Shown here piece by piece: positions 1-10,237 of a DNA stretch of 64,000 nucleotides (position 1 is the stretch's first letter; each line of letters starts with the position of its first letter). The notes below the pieces were generated by a model. The model was not told the origin of the DNA. It saw only the letters and a list, made by a program, of their open reading frames with translations, and did no database searches. Source of the DNA: Prochlorococcus sp. AG-418-I21 (lineage in GTDB: Bacteria > Cyanobacteriota > Cyanobacteriia > PCC-6307 > Cyanobiaceae); contig QCMA01000001.1 of NCBI GenBank assembly GCA_003214115.1, forward strand, positions 22,905-86,904. Reading direction: 5' to 3'. The position numbers were made by a program, and so were the translations under genes.

Positions 1-3000
1 CAAAATGGCCTCTAGCTCAGCCCATGAGATTTTTGGGTCATAATGGCGAAATAAATACTCTTTTAGGTAATATTAACTGGGCTAAAGCTTCAGAAACACA
101 CATCGATGATTTTTGGGGGGAGTTATCTAACGAAATTAAGCCAATTGTAGATATTAATAAAAGTGATTCATCAAATCTTGATGCAACTCTTGAAATCAAT
201 ATTCGTTCAGGTCAGCCCATTACTGACTCATTATTAAAACTTGTTCCTGAAGCATTTAGAGATCAACCAGAACTTGAGCAGAGAGAAGATATAAAAGCTT
301 TTTATGAATATTCTGCAAGCATACAAGAAGCTTGGGATGGTCCAGCACTTCTTGTCTTTGCTGATGGAAATTTTGTCGGAGCAACGCTCGATAGAAATGG
401 CCTCAGACCAGCAAGATATTCAATCACAAATGATGGTTTTGTAATAATGGGTTCAGAAACAGGAGTGGTAGATCTTGAAGAGGAGAGAGTAATAGAAAAA
501 GGTCGATTAGGACCGGGACAAATGTTAGCAGTTGATTTTCATCAAAGTAGAATTCTAAGAAATTGGGAGGTAAAATCTGAAGCGGCTCAAAGACATGATT
601 ATAAAAATCTCCTAAGTAATAGAACTATAAAAATTGAAAATAGTAAATGGTTTAAAGACTGTAAACTAAAAGACCTTGAAATGTTACAACAACAAACTGC
701 CTACGGTTTTTCAGCAGAAGATAATGATCTAATTTTGGATTCAATGGCTTCATTAGCTAAAGAGCCAACCTATTGCATGGGCGACGATATCCCATTAGCA
801 GTGCTTTCTTCAAAGCCACATATTTTATATGACTATTTCAAGCAAAGATTTGCACAAGTTACAAATCCTCCTATTGACCCACTGAGAGAAAAACTGGTAA
901 TGAGTTTAGAGATGCATCTTGGAGCAAGATGTACTCCATTTGAGATTAAAGATCCTAAACCTTTTGTGCATTTACAAAGTCCAATTCTCAATGAGGAAGA
1001 ACTCATTTCCATTAAAAAATCAAAAATTAAATCTCAAACAATTTCAACTTTGTTTGATATTGAGGAAGGTTTTCAAGGCTTAGAGAACCAATTAAAAGCA
1101 ATTTGTAAACAGAGTGAGATCTCTATTAAAGAAGGTTGCTCTTTAATTATCATTTCTGATAAGGGAATTAATCCTAAAAAGACTTTTATTCCTCCTTTAC
1201 TTGCTATTGGGGCAATTCATCATTATCTTCTAAAAAAAGAAATCAGGCTAAAAGCTTCTCTAATTATTGAAACAGGTCAATGTTGGAGCACACATCACTT
1301 GGCTTGTTTGATTGGTTATGGTGCAAGCGCAGTTTGCCCTTGGTTGACCTTAGAAGCAGGAAGACACTGGTTAAAACATCCAAAAACTCAAAAACTCATT
1401 GATAGCAAAAAAATAAATCCATTATCAATAATTGATGTTCAAGAGAATATTAAAAAAGCTTTAGAAGACGGTCTTAGGAAAATTCTTTCGAAAATCGGCA
1501 TCTCACTTTTATCTAGTTACCATGGCGCACAAATTTTTGAAGCTGTAGGCCTTGGATCTGACTTAATAAAAGTTGCTTTTGATGGTACAACAAGCCGCAT
1601 CGCCGGCATAACTTTAAAAGAATTAACTAATGAAACAATTTCTATACATACGAAAGCCTACCCAGAGATCGATTTAAAAAAATTAGAATTTTTAGGATTT
1701 GTGCAATTTAGAAATAATGGAGAATATCATTCCAATAACCCTGAAATGTCCAAAGTTTTACATTCAGCTATAAAACAAGGTCCAGGATACGATCATTTTG
1801 AAACTTACAAAAAACTCATTAGTAATAGACCGACAACATCTCTAAGAGATTTATTAACAATTAGTTCAAAAAGAAAAAGCATCCCATTAGAGGAAGTTGA
1901 AAGTGTTGAATCAATTTGCAAAAGGTTCTGCACTGGAGGTATGAGTTTGGGTGCTTTATCCAGAGAAGCGCATGAAGTGTTAGCAGTTGCTATGAACAGA
2001 ATTGGTGGCAAAAGTAATAGTGGAGAAGGGGGAGAAGATCCAGCTCGTTTTAATGTTTTAAATGATATCGATGAAAATACTAAATCAGCGACGTTACCAT
2101 TTATTAAAGGTCTAGAAAATGGAGACACCGCGTGTTCAGCTATTAAACAAATAGCATCAGGTAGATTTGGAGTCACACCTGAATATCTAAGAAGTGGTAA
2201 ACAACTCGAAATTAAAATGGCTCAAGGTGCAAAACCTGGAGAAGGGGGACAATTACCTGGTCCAAAAGTTGATTCTTACATCGCAAAACTAAGAAATAGT
2301 AAACCTGGAGTAGCTCTAATATCTCCTCCACCGCATCATGATATTTATTCAATTGAAGATTTAGCTCAACTTATCCATGACTTACACCAAGTTCATCCAA
2401 AAGCGAAAGTGAGTGTAAAACTTGTTTCTGAAATTGGTATAGGCACTATTGCTGCTGGAGTAAGCAAAGCTAATGCAGATGTAATTCAAATTTCAGGCCA
2501 TGACGGAGGTACAGGTGCTTCGCCCCTAAGTTCTATTAAACATGCAGGTTTACCATGGGAATTAGGTGTTGCTGAGGTTCATAAATCTCTCTTAGAGAAT
2601 AACTTACGTGAAAGAGTAATTTTGAGAACTGATGGAGGTCTTAAAACAGGCTGGGATGTAGTTATTGCAGCTTTACTAGGTGCTGAAGAATACGGTTTCG
2701 GTTCTGTAGCGATGATTGCTGAAGGATGCATAATGGCTCGGGTTTGTCATACAAACAAGTGTCCTGTTGGAGTTGCTACTCAAAAAGAAGAGTTAAGAAA
2801 AAGATTTAAAGGTATTCCAGAAAATGTTGTAAATTTCTTCTTATATGTTGCTGAAGAAGTAAGACAGATAATGAGTAGTATTGGAGTTTCTAATATGGAA
2901 GAACTGATTGGTAATCAAGAATTTCTTTCTGGAAGAAATATCGGTCTTCCAAAAACTTCTAATATTGATCTCTCTTCTTTAGTAAATAATGAACACCTAA

Positions 3001-3842
3001 CCACTGATAGATCATGGTTAAAACATTCAAAAAATGCTCATAGTAATGGTTCTGTATTAGAGGACGAGTTTTTGTCTGATACTGAATTTATAGATTCAAT
3101 TAAAAATCACGAAAAATTGACTAGAGAAATTGATATAAAAAATACAGATAGAAGTGTTTGTGCGAAAATATCAGGCGAAATCGCAGAGCTTCATGGAAAC
3201 ACAGGCTTCAATGGCGAACTTAACTTAAATTTTAAAGGATATGCGGGACAAAGCTTTGGTGCCTTTTTATTAAAAGGAATGAATGTTCAATTAATCGGAG
3301 AAGCTAATGATTATGTTTGTAAAGGAATGAATGGAGGAATACTCACAATAATTCCTCCAAAAATAGATAAAATCTCCTCCGAACAAGTTATCCTAGGCAA
3401 TACTTGCCTATATGGAGCAACAGGTGGGAAATTATTTGCTTTGGGAAAATCGGGAGAAAGATTTGCAGTAAGAAATAGTGGTGCTACAGCAGTAACAGAG
3501 GGAGCAGGAGATCATTGTTGTGAATACATGACCGGTGGGAAAGTAGTTATTCTAGGTTCAACAGGAAGGAATATTGGTGCGGGCATGACCGGTGGAATAG
3601 CTTTCATAATCGATAAGAATAATGATTTAAATAATAAAGTAAATAAGGAAATAGTAAGCATTCATAAAATAACTTCATCAAGGCAGGAAGATATTTTATT
3701 GGAAATTATTAGAGAATATCGAGCAAAAACAAATAGCTTAAAGGCCTCTAAAATAATTGAAAATTGGTCTCACTACAAGAGTATTTTCAAATTAATTGTT
3801 CCCCCAAGTGAAGAAGAGATGCTTGGCATAAAGAAAATGTAA
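1..3842 (+). CDS. glsF: Ferredoxin-dependent glutamate synthase (Fd-GOGAT), 5'-truncated by the window edge
   Basis: Frame is open from base 3 (KWPLAQP-MRFLGHNGEINT). Motifs WDGPA, DRNGLRP, GGMSLGALS, SGEGGED, QIASGRFGV, KPGEGGQLP, CIMARVCHTNKCPVG (3Fe-4S) and C-terminal GXGXG domain. Confidence 0.97.
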   Translation, partial: KWPLAQPMRFLGHNGEINTLLGNINWAKASETHIDDFWGELSNEIKPIVDINKSDSSNLDATLEINIRSGQPITDSLLKLVPEAFRDQPELEQREDIKAFYEYSASIQEAWDGPALLVFADGNFVGATLDRNGLRPARYSITNDGFVIMGSETGVVDLEEERVIEKGRLGPGQMLAVDFHQSRILRNWEVKSEAAQRHDYKNLLSNRTIKIENSKWFKDCKLKDLEMLQQQTAYGFSAEDNDLILDSMASLAKEPTYCMGDDIPLAVLSSKPHILYDYFKQRFAQVTNPPIDPLREKLVMSLEMHLGARCTPFEIKDPKPFVHLQSPILNEEELISIKKSKIKSQTISTLFDIEEGFQGLENQLKAICKQSEISIKEGCSLIIISDKGINPKKTFIPPLLAIGAIHHYLLKKEIRLKASLIIETGQCWSTHHLACLIGYGASAVCPWLTLEAGRHWLKHPKTQKLIDSKKINPLSIIDVQENIKKALEDGLRKILSKIGISLLSSYHGAQIFEAVGLGSDLIKVAFDGTTSRIAGITLKELTNETISIHTKAYPEIDLKKLEFLGFVQFRNNGEYHSNNPEMSKVLHSAIKQGPGYDHFETYKKLISNRPTTSLRDLLTISSKRKSIPLEEVESVESICKRFCTGGMSLGALSREAHEVLAVAMNRIGGKSNSGEGGEDPARFNVLNDIDENTKSATLPFIKGLENGDTACSAIKQIASGRFGVTPEYLRSGKQLEIKMAQGAKPGEGGQLPGPKVDSYIAKLRNSKPGVALISPPPHHDIYSIEDLAQLIHDLHQVHPKAKVSVKLVSEIGIGTIAAGVSKANADVIQISGHDGGTGASPLSSIKHAGLPWELGVAEVHKSLLENNLRERVILRTDGGLKTGWDVVIAALLGAEEYGFGSVAMIAEGCIMARVCHTNKCPVGVATQKEELRKRFKGIPENVVNFFLYVAEEVRQIMSSIGVSNMEELIGNQEFLSGRNIGLPKTSNIDLSSLVNNEHLTTDRSWLKHSKNAHSNGSVLEDEFLSDTEFIDSIKNHEKLTREIDIKNTDRSVCAKISGEIAELHGNTGFNGELNLNFKGYAGQSFGAFLLKGMNVQLIGEANDYVCKGMNGGILTIIPPKIDKISSEQVILGNTCLYGATGGKLFALGKSGERFAVRNSGATAVTEGAGDHCCEYMTGGKVVILGSTGRNIGAGMTGGIAFIIDKNNDLNNKVNKEIVSIHKITSSRQEDILLEIIREYRAKTNSLKASKIIENWSHYKSIFKLIVPPSEEEMLGIKKM

Positions 3843-4136
3843 ATGCCTTTCTTTGTAAAAACTGAAATTATAAAAAAAGAATACTTAATTAATAATGATT
3901 TAAAACGAAAAGTAATTAAAGAACATAATGATTGGATAAAAAAATTAAAAAAAGAGGGAATTAATATAAAAAGTGGTTTTTTAGTAGATGAGTTAAAGAG
4001 GCCAGGCGCCGGCGGATTACTAATTCTTGAAATAAATAATTATGAAAATGCACTAAAAATAATTAAGAATGATCCAATGATTAAAAATGATCTAGTTGAA
4101 TGGAAATTAAATGAGTGGGTAGATTCAAATAAATGA
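3843..4136 (+). CDS. YciI-family protein
   Basis: 97 aa with EH..W motif, SGFL, GGLLI and DPMIK..L..W pattern of YciI; abuts the glsF stop. Confidence 0.75.
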   Translation: MPFFVKTEIIKKEYLINNDLKRKVIKEHNDWIKKLKKEGINIKSGFLVDELKRPGAGGLLILEINNYENALKIIKNDPMIKNDLVEWKLNEWVDSNK

Positions 4137-4142
4137 AAATTA

Positions 4143-5036
4143 CTATCTTGGATACTTTTTCATAAGTTTTTGAATCTCTTCAGCATGGTAACTGCTTCGA
4201 GTTAAAGGAGAACTAACTACTTGCATAAAATCCAAATTTTTTTCCCCGAAAACTTTGAAATAATTGAATTTAGAGGGACTCACAAATCTTTGAACAGGTA
4301 AATGATTAGGGCCAGGAGATAAATATTGGCCAATAGTAACAATATCAACGAAATTACTTTTTAAATCCTCAAGAAGACTTAAAACCTCCTCATCTTTTTC
4401 TCCTAGACCAAGCATAAAGCCTGACTTTGTATAAACTTTAGGAGAATAGTCTCTGGTTCTTTTAAGTAACTCAAGAGTTCTCTCATATTTACCCTGAGGT
4501 CTTACTTTTTTATATAGTGAAGGCACAGTCTCAATATTGTGGTTTAAAACGTTTGGATTTGAATCAAGAACTTTTTCAAGCGCTTTCCAGTTACCGCAAA
4601 AATCAGGAATTAAAAGCTCAATAGTAGTTTCAGGAGATTTATTTCTTACTTGATAAACACATTCAAAAAATTGAGATGCACCACCATCCTTAAGATCGTC
4701 TCTATTTACTGATGTTATTACAACATGTTTAAGCTTCATTCTATAAACTGCTTCCGCTAGACGATATGGTTCTGTTGGATCCAATTCTCTTTTTGATCTA
4801 TCAAAATCAATATCGCAATATGGACATGCCCTAGTACAGCCAGGACCCATTATAAGGAAAGTGGCAGTTCCACTAGCAAAACATTCACCAATATTTGGAC
4901 AGCTTGCTTCTTGACATACAGTATTGAGCTTTAAATCATTTAACAAATCAGCAGTATTACCAATTCTCTCAACTTGCGGAGCTTTTACTCTTAACCACTC
5001 AGGTTTTGAAATTAAACTATTCGGATTATTATTCAA
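4143..5036 (-). CDS. lipA: Lipoyl synthase
   Basis: [18 protein letters not shown] (CX4CX5C), CTRACPYC radical SAM motif, RSSYHA. TTG start. Confidence 0.97.
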   Translation of the reverse strand: MNNNPNSLISKPEWLRVKAPQVERIGNTADLLNDLKLNTVCQEASCPNIGECFASGTATFLIMGPGCTRACPYCDIDFDRSKRELDPTEPYRLAEAVYRMKLKHVVITSVNRDDLKDGGASQFFECVYQVRNKSPETTIELLIPDFCGNWKALEKVLDSNPNVLNHNIETVPSLYKKVRPQGKYERTLELLKRTRDYSPKVYTKSGFMLGLGEKDEEVLSLLEDLKSNFVDIVTIGQYLSPGPNHLPVQRFVSPSKFNYFKVFGEKNLDFMQVVSSPLTRSSYHAEEIQKLMKKYPR

Positions 5037-5315
5037 ATTAAGTGGTTCTGGCCTGTAATTTCATTTTACTAAAAACAAGATGAATTAACTATTAATAATT
5101 TCAAAAATGATTCCTATTCAATGGGAGTCAATAAATAAATAAATAAATTTAACTAGTCCATCGATTATTTAAAGAATTCTAATTCAGGTTAATAATTACG
5201 CAATATTTTTGTTTTAAAAACTAAAAAAAAACAGTATTTAGAACAATATTTTTAATACAGATATCAGAACATTTTAATTAAACTCTATGTTTGTGAATAT
5301 AATTGCTTTAAATTT

Positions 5316-5350
5316 CACTTTTTTGTACTAAAAAGTGTTTTTTTTATAAT
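5316..5350 (+). promoter_or_regulatory. Near-perfect 22-bp palindrome plus TATAAT upstream of the resolvase-like gene
   Basis: CACTTTTT-tGTACt-AAAAAGTG at 5316-5337, TATAAT at 5345-5350, gene start at 5386. Confidence 0.4.
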
Positions 5351-5385
5351 TTATTGATACAGTAAAAAATATATGTAATAAAACA

Positions 5386-6009
5386 TTGACTTTTAAATTT
5401 AAAAGAAAACGTCTTTTACTATCTGAAAAAAATAAAAACTCTAAAGCAATAGGTTATGCCAGAGCTACTCATAATGAATATGAATATTTAGAAGAGCAAA
5501 TAAAAATTTTAAAGGAAGAGGGATGCAGTTTAGTTTTCTCTGAATTTATAAGTTTAGATGAAGAAATCAAACCCCAGCTCAATAAAGCTATGAATTGCTT
5601 ATCTAAAGGCGATCAATTAATAATAACTCAGCTGGACCGAGCCTTTAAAAATAAAAAAGAATGTTTAGGGACAATAAATAAACTTATTAATAAGGATATT
5701 AAATTGCGAACTTTGACTGGTTTTTTTGCTGCTAATGAATCCTCTAATGAAATTTCTTCAATTTTTAAGATTTTATATGAATTAGATTATTTAGAGGACA
5801 AAAGTTTAGGTGAAAGAAAAAAAGAGCAACTATTACGCAGAAAATTATCTGGAAATAATCTGGGAGGAAGGCCCAAAATAAGTCCTTTAAAAGAATCTTT
5901 AGTAATCAGATTGCGCAATGAAGGATATTCATATCGATCAATCAGATCACAAACAGGAATTGCATTGTCAACAATAAGAAGAGTAATTATGGAAGGGGAA
6001 TTAACATAA
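5386..6009 (+). CDS. Resolvase/invertase-family (small serine recombinase) protein with degenerate active site
   Basis: IGYARAT (vs GYARVST), LEEQIKIL..GC, GDQLIITQLDR, GGRP linker and C-terminal HTH (GYSYRSIRSQTGIALSTIRRV). Confidence 0.85.
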   Translation: MTFKFKRKRLLLSEKNKNSKAIGYARATHNEYEYLEEQIKILKEEGCSLVFSEFISLDEEIKPQLNKAMNCLSKGDQLIITQLDRAFKNKKECLGTINKLINKDIKLRTLTGFFAANESSNEISSIFKILYELDYLEDKSLGERKKEQLLRRKLSGNNLGGRPKISPLKESLVIRLRNEGYSYRSIRSQTGIALSTIRRVIMEGELT

Positions 6010-6010
6010 A

Positions 6011-6223
6011 ATGAAGAGGAAAGAAATTGAAAATTTAATTAAAGAAAATTTCAAAGATACAGCCTTGCGAATTTATGAATTAGATAATGAAGATAGAAAA
6101 AGTTTGTTAGCTGAATATAGAGAATGGATTATGAATGATATAGATTTTGAAGAAATAATGATGTTGCCATATGAAGCATATACTGACAAATTAGATCATA
6201 ATTACTTAGACGATTTAATTTAG
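6011..6223 (+). CDS. Small acidic hypothetical protein (70 aa)
   Basis: ATG 1 bp after the resolvase-like stop, protein-like composition, fills the gap to the convergent gene. Confidence 0.6.
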   Translation: MKRKEIENLIKENFKDTALRIYELDNEDRKSLLAEYREWIMNDIDFEEIMMLPYEAYTDKLDHNYLDDLI

Positions 6224-7128
6224 TCCTGAATAGCATATCTTTTATTAAATTCATATACTTCTTTCGATATTGATGGTAAGAAGGAAGTATCTTTGGAATA
6301 TTTTTCTCCATCACAAAAAACAACTAATAAAGTTTGTAGAGATTGACTATTAGTCCACCAAGCAGAATCATGTCTAACTTCAGACATTAAGCCTGCTTTA
6401 CTCCAAAGATTAATGCTTTCTGGTAATCCTGCGCCTAAAAAACCATCTATTTGATTAAGAGAATCGTTTTTAAGCACAAATTTATTTAAATTTCTTTTTA
6501 AAAAACTTCGTAAATTTAAATCATTTTTTTGATAATCAATATGAATCATAATTTCCTCTAAAACCCGTGCAGCGGAATCAGAATTCATAGCATTTCTATT
6601 TTTATTATTATGTCCATAAAATTCTTTTTCACGACCAAATGGTCCATCATCCCAAGTCTTTTGACAGCAATTTATACCATTCAATTCCTCCCAATGTAAA
6701 TCATGTAGCCAATCGTTTATTATTGTTCTTTGAAATTTCCAATTTTCCCATAATTCGCCTTCAATACAAGGTCCACTTGTTGTTCCAGTAAGTAAATCAA
6801 TTAAAAAGCTTGTTGCATTATTACTGGAAAAAGACAACATTTTCCTTACAGCATCAATAATTTCATTTGATAATAATAAACTGCCTTTTTTAATCCAATA
6901 AAATGCAGCAAGGCCATAAACCAACTTAACTACGCTAGCAGGGTAAACCATTTTTTTATTATTAATACCGGTTCCAAAACCTTTAAATACACTTTTATTT
7001 TCACTTTTATAATTTATCCAAGTTATCGAAATATCTTCTCTTGAAAAATCTTTATTATAAGAGCATGCTCTCCCTAAAATATCATTTAAGGCTAGACCCA
7101 TCTCTTTACTTAAATAGTAAAAGGACAT
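6220..7128 (-). CDS. Class A beta-lactamase-like serine hydrolase (PBP-A type)
   Basis: YPASVVK (SxxK), SSN (SxN), SKAG (KTG-like), RHD. Confidence 0.85.
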   Translation of the reverse strand: MSFYYLSKEMGLALNDILGRACSYNKDFSREDISITWINYKSENKSVFKGFGTGINNKKMVYPASVVKLVYGLAAFYWIKKGSLLLSNEIIDAVRKMLSFSSNNATSFLIDLLTGTTSGPCIEGELWENWKFQRTIINDWLHDLHWEELNGINCCQKTWDDGPFGREKEFYGHNNKNRNAMNSDSAARVLEEIMIHIDYQKNDLNLRSFLKRNLNKFVLKNDSLNQIDGFLGAGLPESINLWSKAGLMSEVRHDSAWWTNSQSLQTLLVVFCDGEKYSKDTSFLPSISKEVYEFNKRYAIQD

Positions 7129-7131
7129 TGT

Positions 7132-7890
7132 ATGAAAAGTTATAAAAATCCTATCTCACTATTTAAACAAACTAATTTTTCAAAAACTATTTGGTGGAAA
7201 TTAAAAGTTAATATTTCTGGATATCAAAATGAAACAGAAGATAAATTAGTTACTGAAATATTTAAAAATAGAATTTTTAGGCTTATTTATCCAAATACTT
7301 CTCAAAATAACTATAAATTATCAAGAATACTAGTTCAACTATATGAAGATGGTTACGTCTGTTGGATAAATTTAGATGGATTAATTATTGAGAAATACGA
7401 ATTAGGAAAATCTGAAAATTCAAAAAAAGAACACTTCTTTATAAAAGATAAAGTTAACTCAATTTTAAAATGGATCAAAGATCAATCTGAGTTAAATAAT
7501 GAATACCTTTGGGGAGGAACATTAGGACCCAATTTTGATTGTTCTGGATTAATTCAGACTGCTTTTTTAAAGCATCAAATTCATATACCTCGAGACTCTT
7601 TTCAAATAAAAAGTTTTTGTAAACACCTTTTTTATTCCAAAGAATCTTATGAGGCTCTACAACCTGGCGATCTTTTATTTTTTGGAAATGAAAAAAAATG
7701 TGATCATATTGGAATCTACAAGGGAGACGGATTCTATTACCATAGCTCTGGAAAGGATTTTGGCAGAAATGGAATAGGATTAGATACCCTAAAAAAATCT
7801 AATGACAAAATTTCAATTCATTATAAATCAAAACTAATTTCGGCAGGACGAGTAGTTAGAAATTATAGATGGGATAGAACTATACGTTAA
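7132..7890 (+). CDS. NlpC/P60 (C40) peptidoglycan peptidase
   Basis: YLWGG, FDCSGL, IPRDS, LQPGDLLFF, HIGIY, HSS; N-terminal degenerate SH3-like EDGYVCWI. Confidence 0.9.
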   Translation: MKSYKNPISLFKQTNFSKTIWWKLKVNISGYQNETEDKLVTEIFKNRIFRLIYPNTSQNNYKLSRILVQLYEDGYVCWINLDGLIIEKYELGKSENSKKEHFFIKDKVNSILKWIKDQSELNNEYLWGGTLGPNFDCSGLIQTAFLKHQIHIPRDSFQIKSFCKHLFYSKESYEALQPGDLLFFGNEKKCDHIGIYKGDGFYYHSSGKDFGRNGIGLDTLKKSNDKISIHYKSKLISAGRVVRNYRWDRTIR

Positions 7891-7953
7891 TTAATGGAGC
7901 CCACTTTTTAATTTTAAATTAAATTTAAATATTACTTATTCTTTTTTTAGGCA

Positions 7954-8553
7954 TTAACCAGCAGTCCAAATATTTTTAATAATTGGCATTATTGTATCTA
8001 AGTGTAATGTCCCAACAAGTAACCAAGCAAAAACAGCTCCTCCACATCCTCCTAACCAAAATCCACTTGTAAAATCAGCCCAACCAGCTCTTGTAAATAA
8101 GTCCTTTGGCGGATTATTAACAGTCGCATCTGGAGGTTGAACATTAGGTGCTTTACCAGGTGCATTGTATAGAACAAAAAGTGCTGTCAAAATATGAACA
8201 GCTCCAATAGTAGCGAGAAGTCCAGCTGTTAGAGCAAATTCAGAATTTCTTAATGGGCCAGTCATCGTGAAAGGTCCGTATAGAAGATATCCAAAAGCTG
8301 CTCCAGTTTCTAAACCTCTAAAATTAGGGGAAATACCTTCTCTGTAAAAAGGTAAATTATTTATAAAGGCTTTTGTAAAATACCCACTATTAACTGGAGT
8401 AGCTAAATTACCAACACAAGGATCGGCAACCGTTTTTACTGCCCATTGTTCTGCTACGCCAATATCATTAGGTTGTACAGAAGTATCTATGTATTTCTCA
8501 TCAAACTTAATAGAACTTGTTGATTCTGAGAATGATTTTTGAAAGTCGCTCAT
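7954..8553 (-). CDS. psaL: Photosystem I subunit XI
   Basis: [45 protein letters not shown]. Confidence 0.97.
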   Translation of the reverse strand: MSDFQKSFSESTSSIKFDEKYIDTSVQPNDIGVAEQWAVKTVADPCVGNLATPVNSGYFTKAFINNLPFYREGISPNFRGLETGAAFGYLLYGPFTMTGPLRNSEFALTAGLLATIGAVHILTALFVLYNAPGKAPNVQPPDATVNNPPKDLFTRAGWADFTSGFWLGGCGGAVFAWLLVGTLHLDTIMPIIKNIWTAG

Positions 8554-8580
8554 TTTTTTAATAGTTTAGTGTTTGATAAT

Positions 8581-8694
8581 TTATTCGGTTGCTGTAATTA
8601 ATCTTCCGATCAATACGATAAAAACCGCAGGCATTGCTATACCAATTAATGGAACAAAAATTGAGGGTAAAAGACTTGGTAAATCAGATGGCAT
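8581..8694 (-). CDS. psaI: Photosystem I subunit VIII (37 aa; not in ORF track)
   Basis: Manual translation MPSDLPSLLPSIFVPLIGIAMPAVFIVLIGRLITATE*; LPSIFVPLIG signature; directly upstream of psaL. Confidence 0.95.
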   Translation of the reverse strand: MPSDLPSLLPSIFVPLIGIAMPAVFIVLIGRLITATE

Positions 8695-8786
8695 AGTTCT
8701 TTAAACATCTTTAAACACTTTAGTATTTATCTGCGAAATAGTGTTAATTTTATTACTGGATGATATAAAAATTATTAACTTTTTAC

Positions 8787-9167
8787 ATGATAAATTTTTT
8801 CGCATTTGTACTCATTATTTTTATAGGAATATTACTTCTAGTTTTTAAAAAAAGAAACTTTAAAAAGTTAATAAATAAAAGCAATTTATATTCTATTCAA
8901 TTAAACAAAAATAATAAAATTTCATCTAATAAAAATAGTTTTTTGTACAATCACGAAGAAAAAAAGTACTCAGTATTTTATAAAAATTCTCAAAGAAATA
9001 AAATGTTTATTCTTTTTAAGGGTAATACAGAAAATAAATTAAGGGCATTAAAAATTGCGGAAGAATTGGCTGATAAATCAATATTACCAATTTTACGAAA
9101 AGGCTTAAGAGATATTTCTCCTGAGGTCGTTGAAATTTCAGCTTTATTAATAAGAAAGTTCAAGTAA
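8787..9167 (+). CDS. Membrane-anchored protein with C-terminal HEAT-like repeat
   Basis: N-terminal hydrophobic helix; ILPILRKGLRDISPEVVEISA resembles a HEAT repeat. Confidence 0.65.
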   Translation: MINFFAFVLIIFIGILLLVFKKRNFKKLINKSNLYSIQLNKNNKISSNKNSFLYNHEEKKYSVFYKNSQRNKMFILFKGNTENKLRALKIAEELADKSILPILRKGLRDISPEVVEISALLIRKFK

Positions 9168-9170
9168 AAA

Positions 9171-10133
9171 TTAATTTTGATTAGTACTGTTTATTGATCT
9201 AATTCTGTAAATTGGACGACTTTGACTTTCATGATATGTCCTAATTAAAAGTTCGCTCAATAATCCAAAGCTAAATAATTGAACACCAGCAATTCCTAAT
9301 ATTAATGCAAACATTAACAAAGGACGATTTCCAATATCCTCACCAATTATTTTTAAAACTATCAAATAAGAACTCATCGCAAAGCTAATGAAAATACTTA
9401 AAATTCCAACAAAACCGAATCCATACATTGGTCTTGTAAGAAATTTAGTCATAAACCAAACAGTTAGTAAATCCATTAAAACTCTAAAAGTTCTATCAAT
9501 TCCATATTTACTAGATCCATATTGCCTGCTTCTATGATTTACTTTAATTTCTTTGATTCTTGCACCTTCAATATTTGCTAAAACGGGCAGAAACCTGTGC
9601 AGTTCACCATATAATTTAATATCATCTATTATTTCTTTCTTAAAAGCTTTTAATGAGCATCCATAGTCATGCAACTTCAAACCTGTCACGTGAGCTATTA
9701 ATTTATTCGCTATTTTTGATGGTATCTTTCTATTAATTAATTTATCTTTTCTATCAAACCTCCACCCACAAATCAAATCATACCCATCATTAATTTCAGA
9801 AATTAATTTAGGAATATCATTTGGATCATTCTGTAAATCACCATCCAAAGAAATGATAATATCACCTTTAGAATTATCAAAGCCAGCTGAAATTGCTGCA
9901 GTTTGACCATAATTTTTGCGAAGGGAAATTACTGACAATTCTTTAATTTTGAGAGTTAGTTCTTTCAATACTTGATAAGTAGTATCTTTAGAACCATCAT
10001 TGACAACAATCAATTCAAAATTAAATTCATGAAATGACATTACATTTATAACTTCATCCAATAAAAAACCAATGCTCTCACTTTCGTTGTAAACAGGGAT
10101 AATAATAGAAATTAATTGTTTTATATCTGACAT
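9171..10133 (-). CDS. GT2 polyprenol-phosphate glycosyltransferase (ArnC/DPM-like)
   Basis: SIIIPVYNE, VNDGSKD, NYGQTAA, LDGDLQNDP, ELHRFLP, two C-terminal TM helices. Confidence 0.9.
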   Translation of the reverse strand: MSDIKQLISIIIPVYNESESIGFLLDEVINVMSFHEFNFELIVVNDGSKDTTYQVLKELTLKIKELSVISLRKNYGQTAAISAGFDNSKGDIIISLDGDLQNDPNDIPKLISEINDGYDLICGWRFDRKDKLINRKIPSKIANKLIAHVTGLKLHDYGCSLKAFKKEIIDDIKLYGELHRFLPVLANIEGARIKEIKVNHRSRQYGSSKYGIDRTFRVLMDLLTVWFMTKFLTRPMYGFGFVGILSIFISFAMSSYLIVLKIIGEDIGNRPLLMFALILGIAGVQLFSFGLLSELLIRTYHESQSRPIYRIRSINSTNQN

Positions 10134-10189
10134 TTATATTTGATAATATTTATATAATTTTAACTTAATTTAGAACATTAAAATTAAGC

Positions 10190-10219
10190 AAAAAAAAATC
10201 ACCACAAATGTGGTGATTT
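10190..10219 (-). terminator. Rho-independent terminator of psaAB
   Basis: Inverted repeat AAATCACCAC-aaat-GTGGTGATTT with A9 at 10190-10198 (U tract on the minus strand), just downstream of the psaB stop. Confidence 0.85.
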
Positions 10220-10237
10220 AAATTACTTAAGAAAAAT

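Noticed and set aside
5038-5064. 8-codon upstream ORF (MKLQARTT) before lipA
   Set aside because: Too short and featureless to distinguish from chance.
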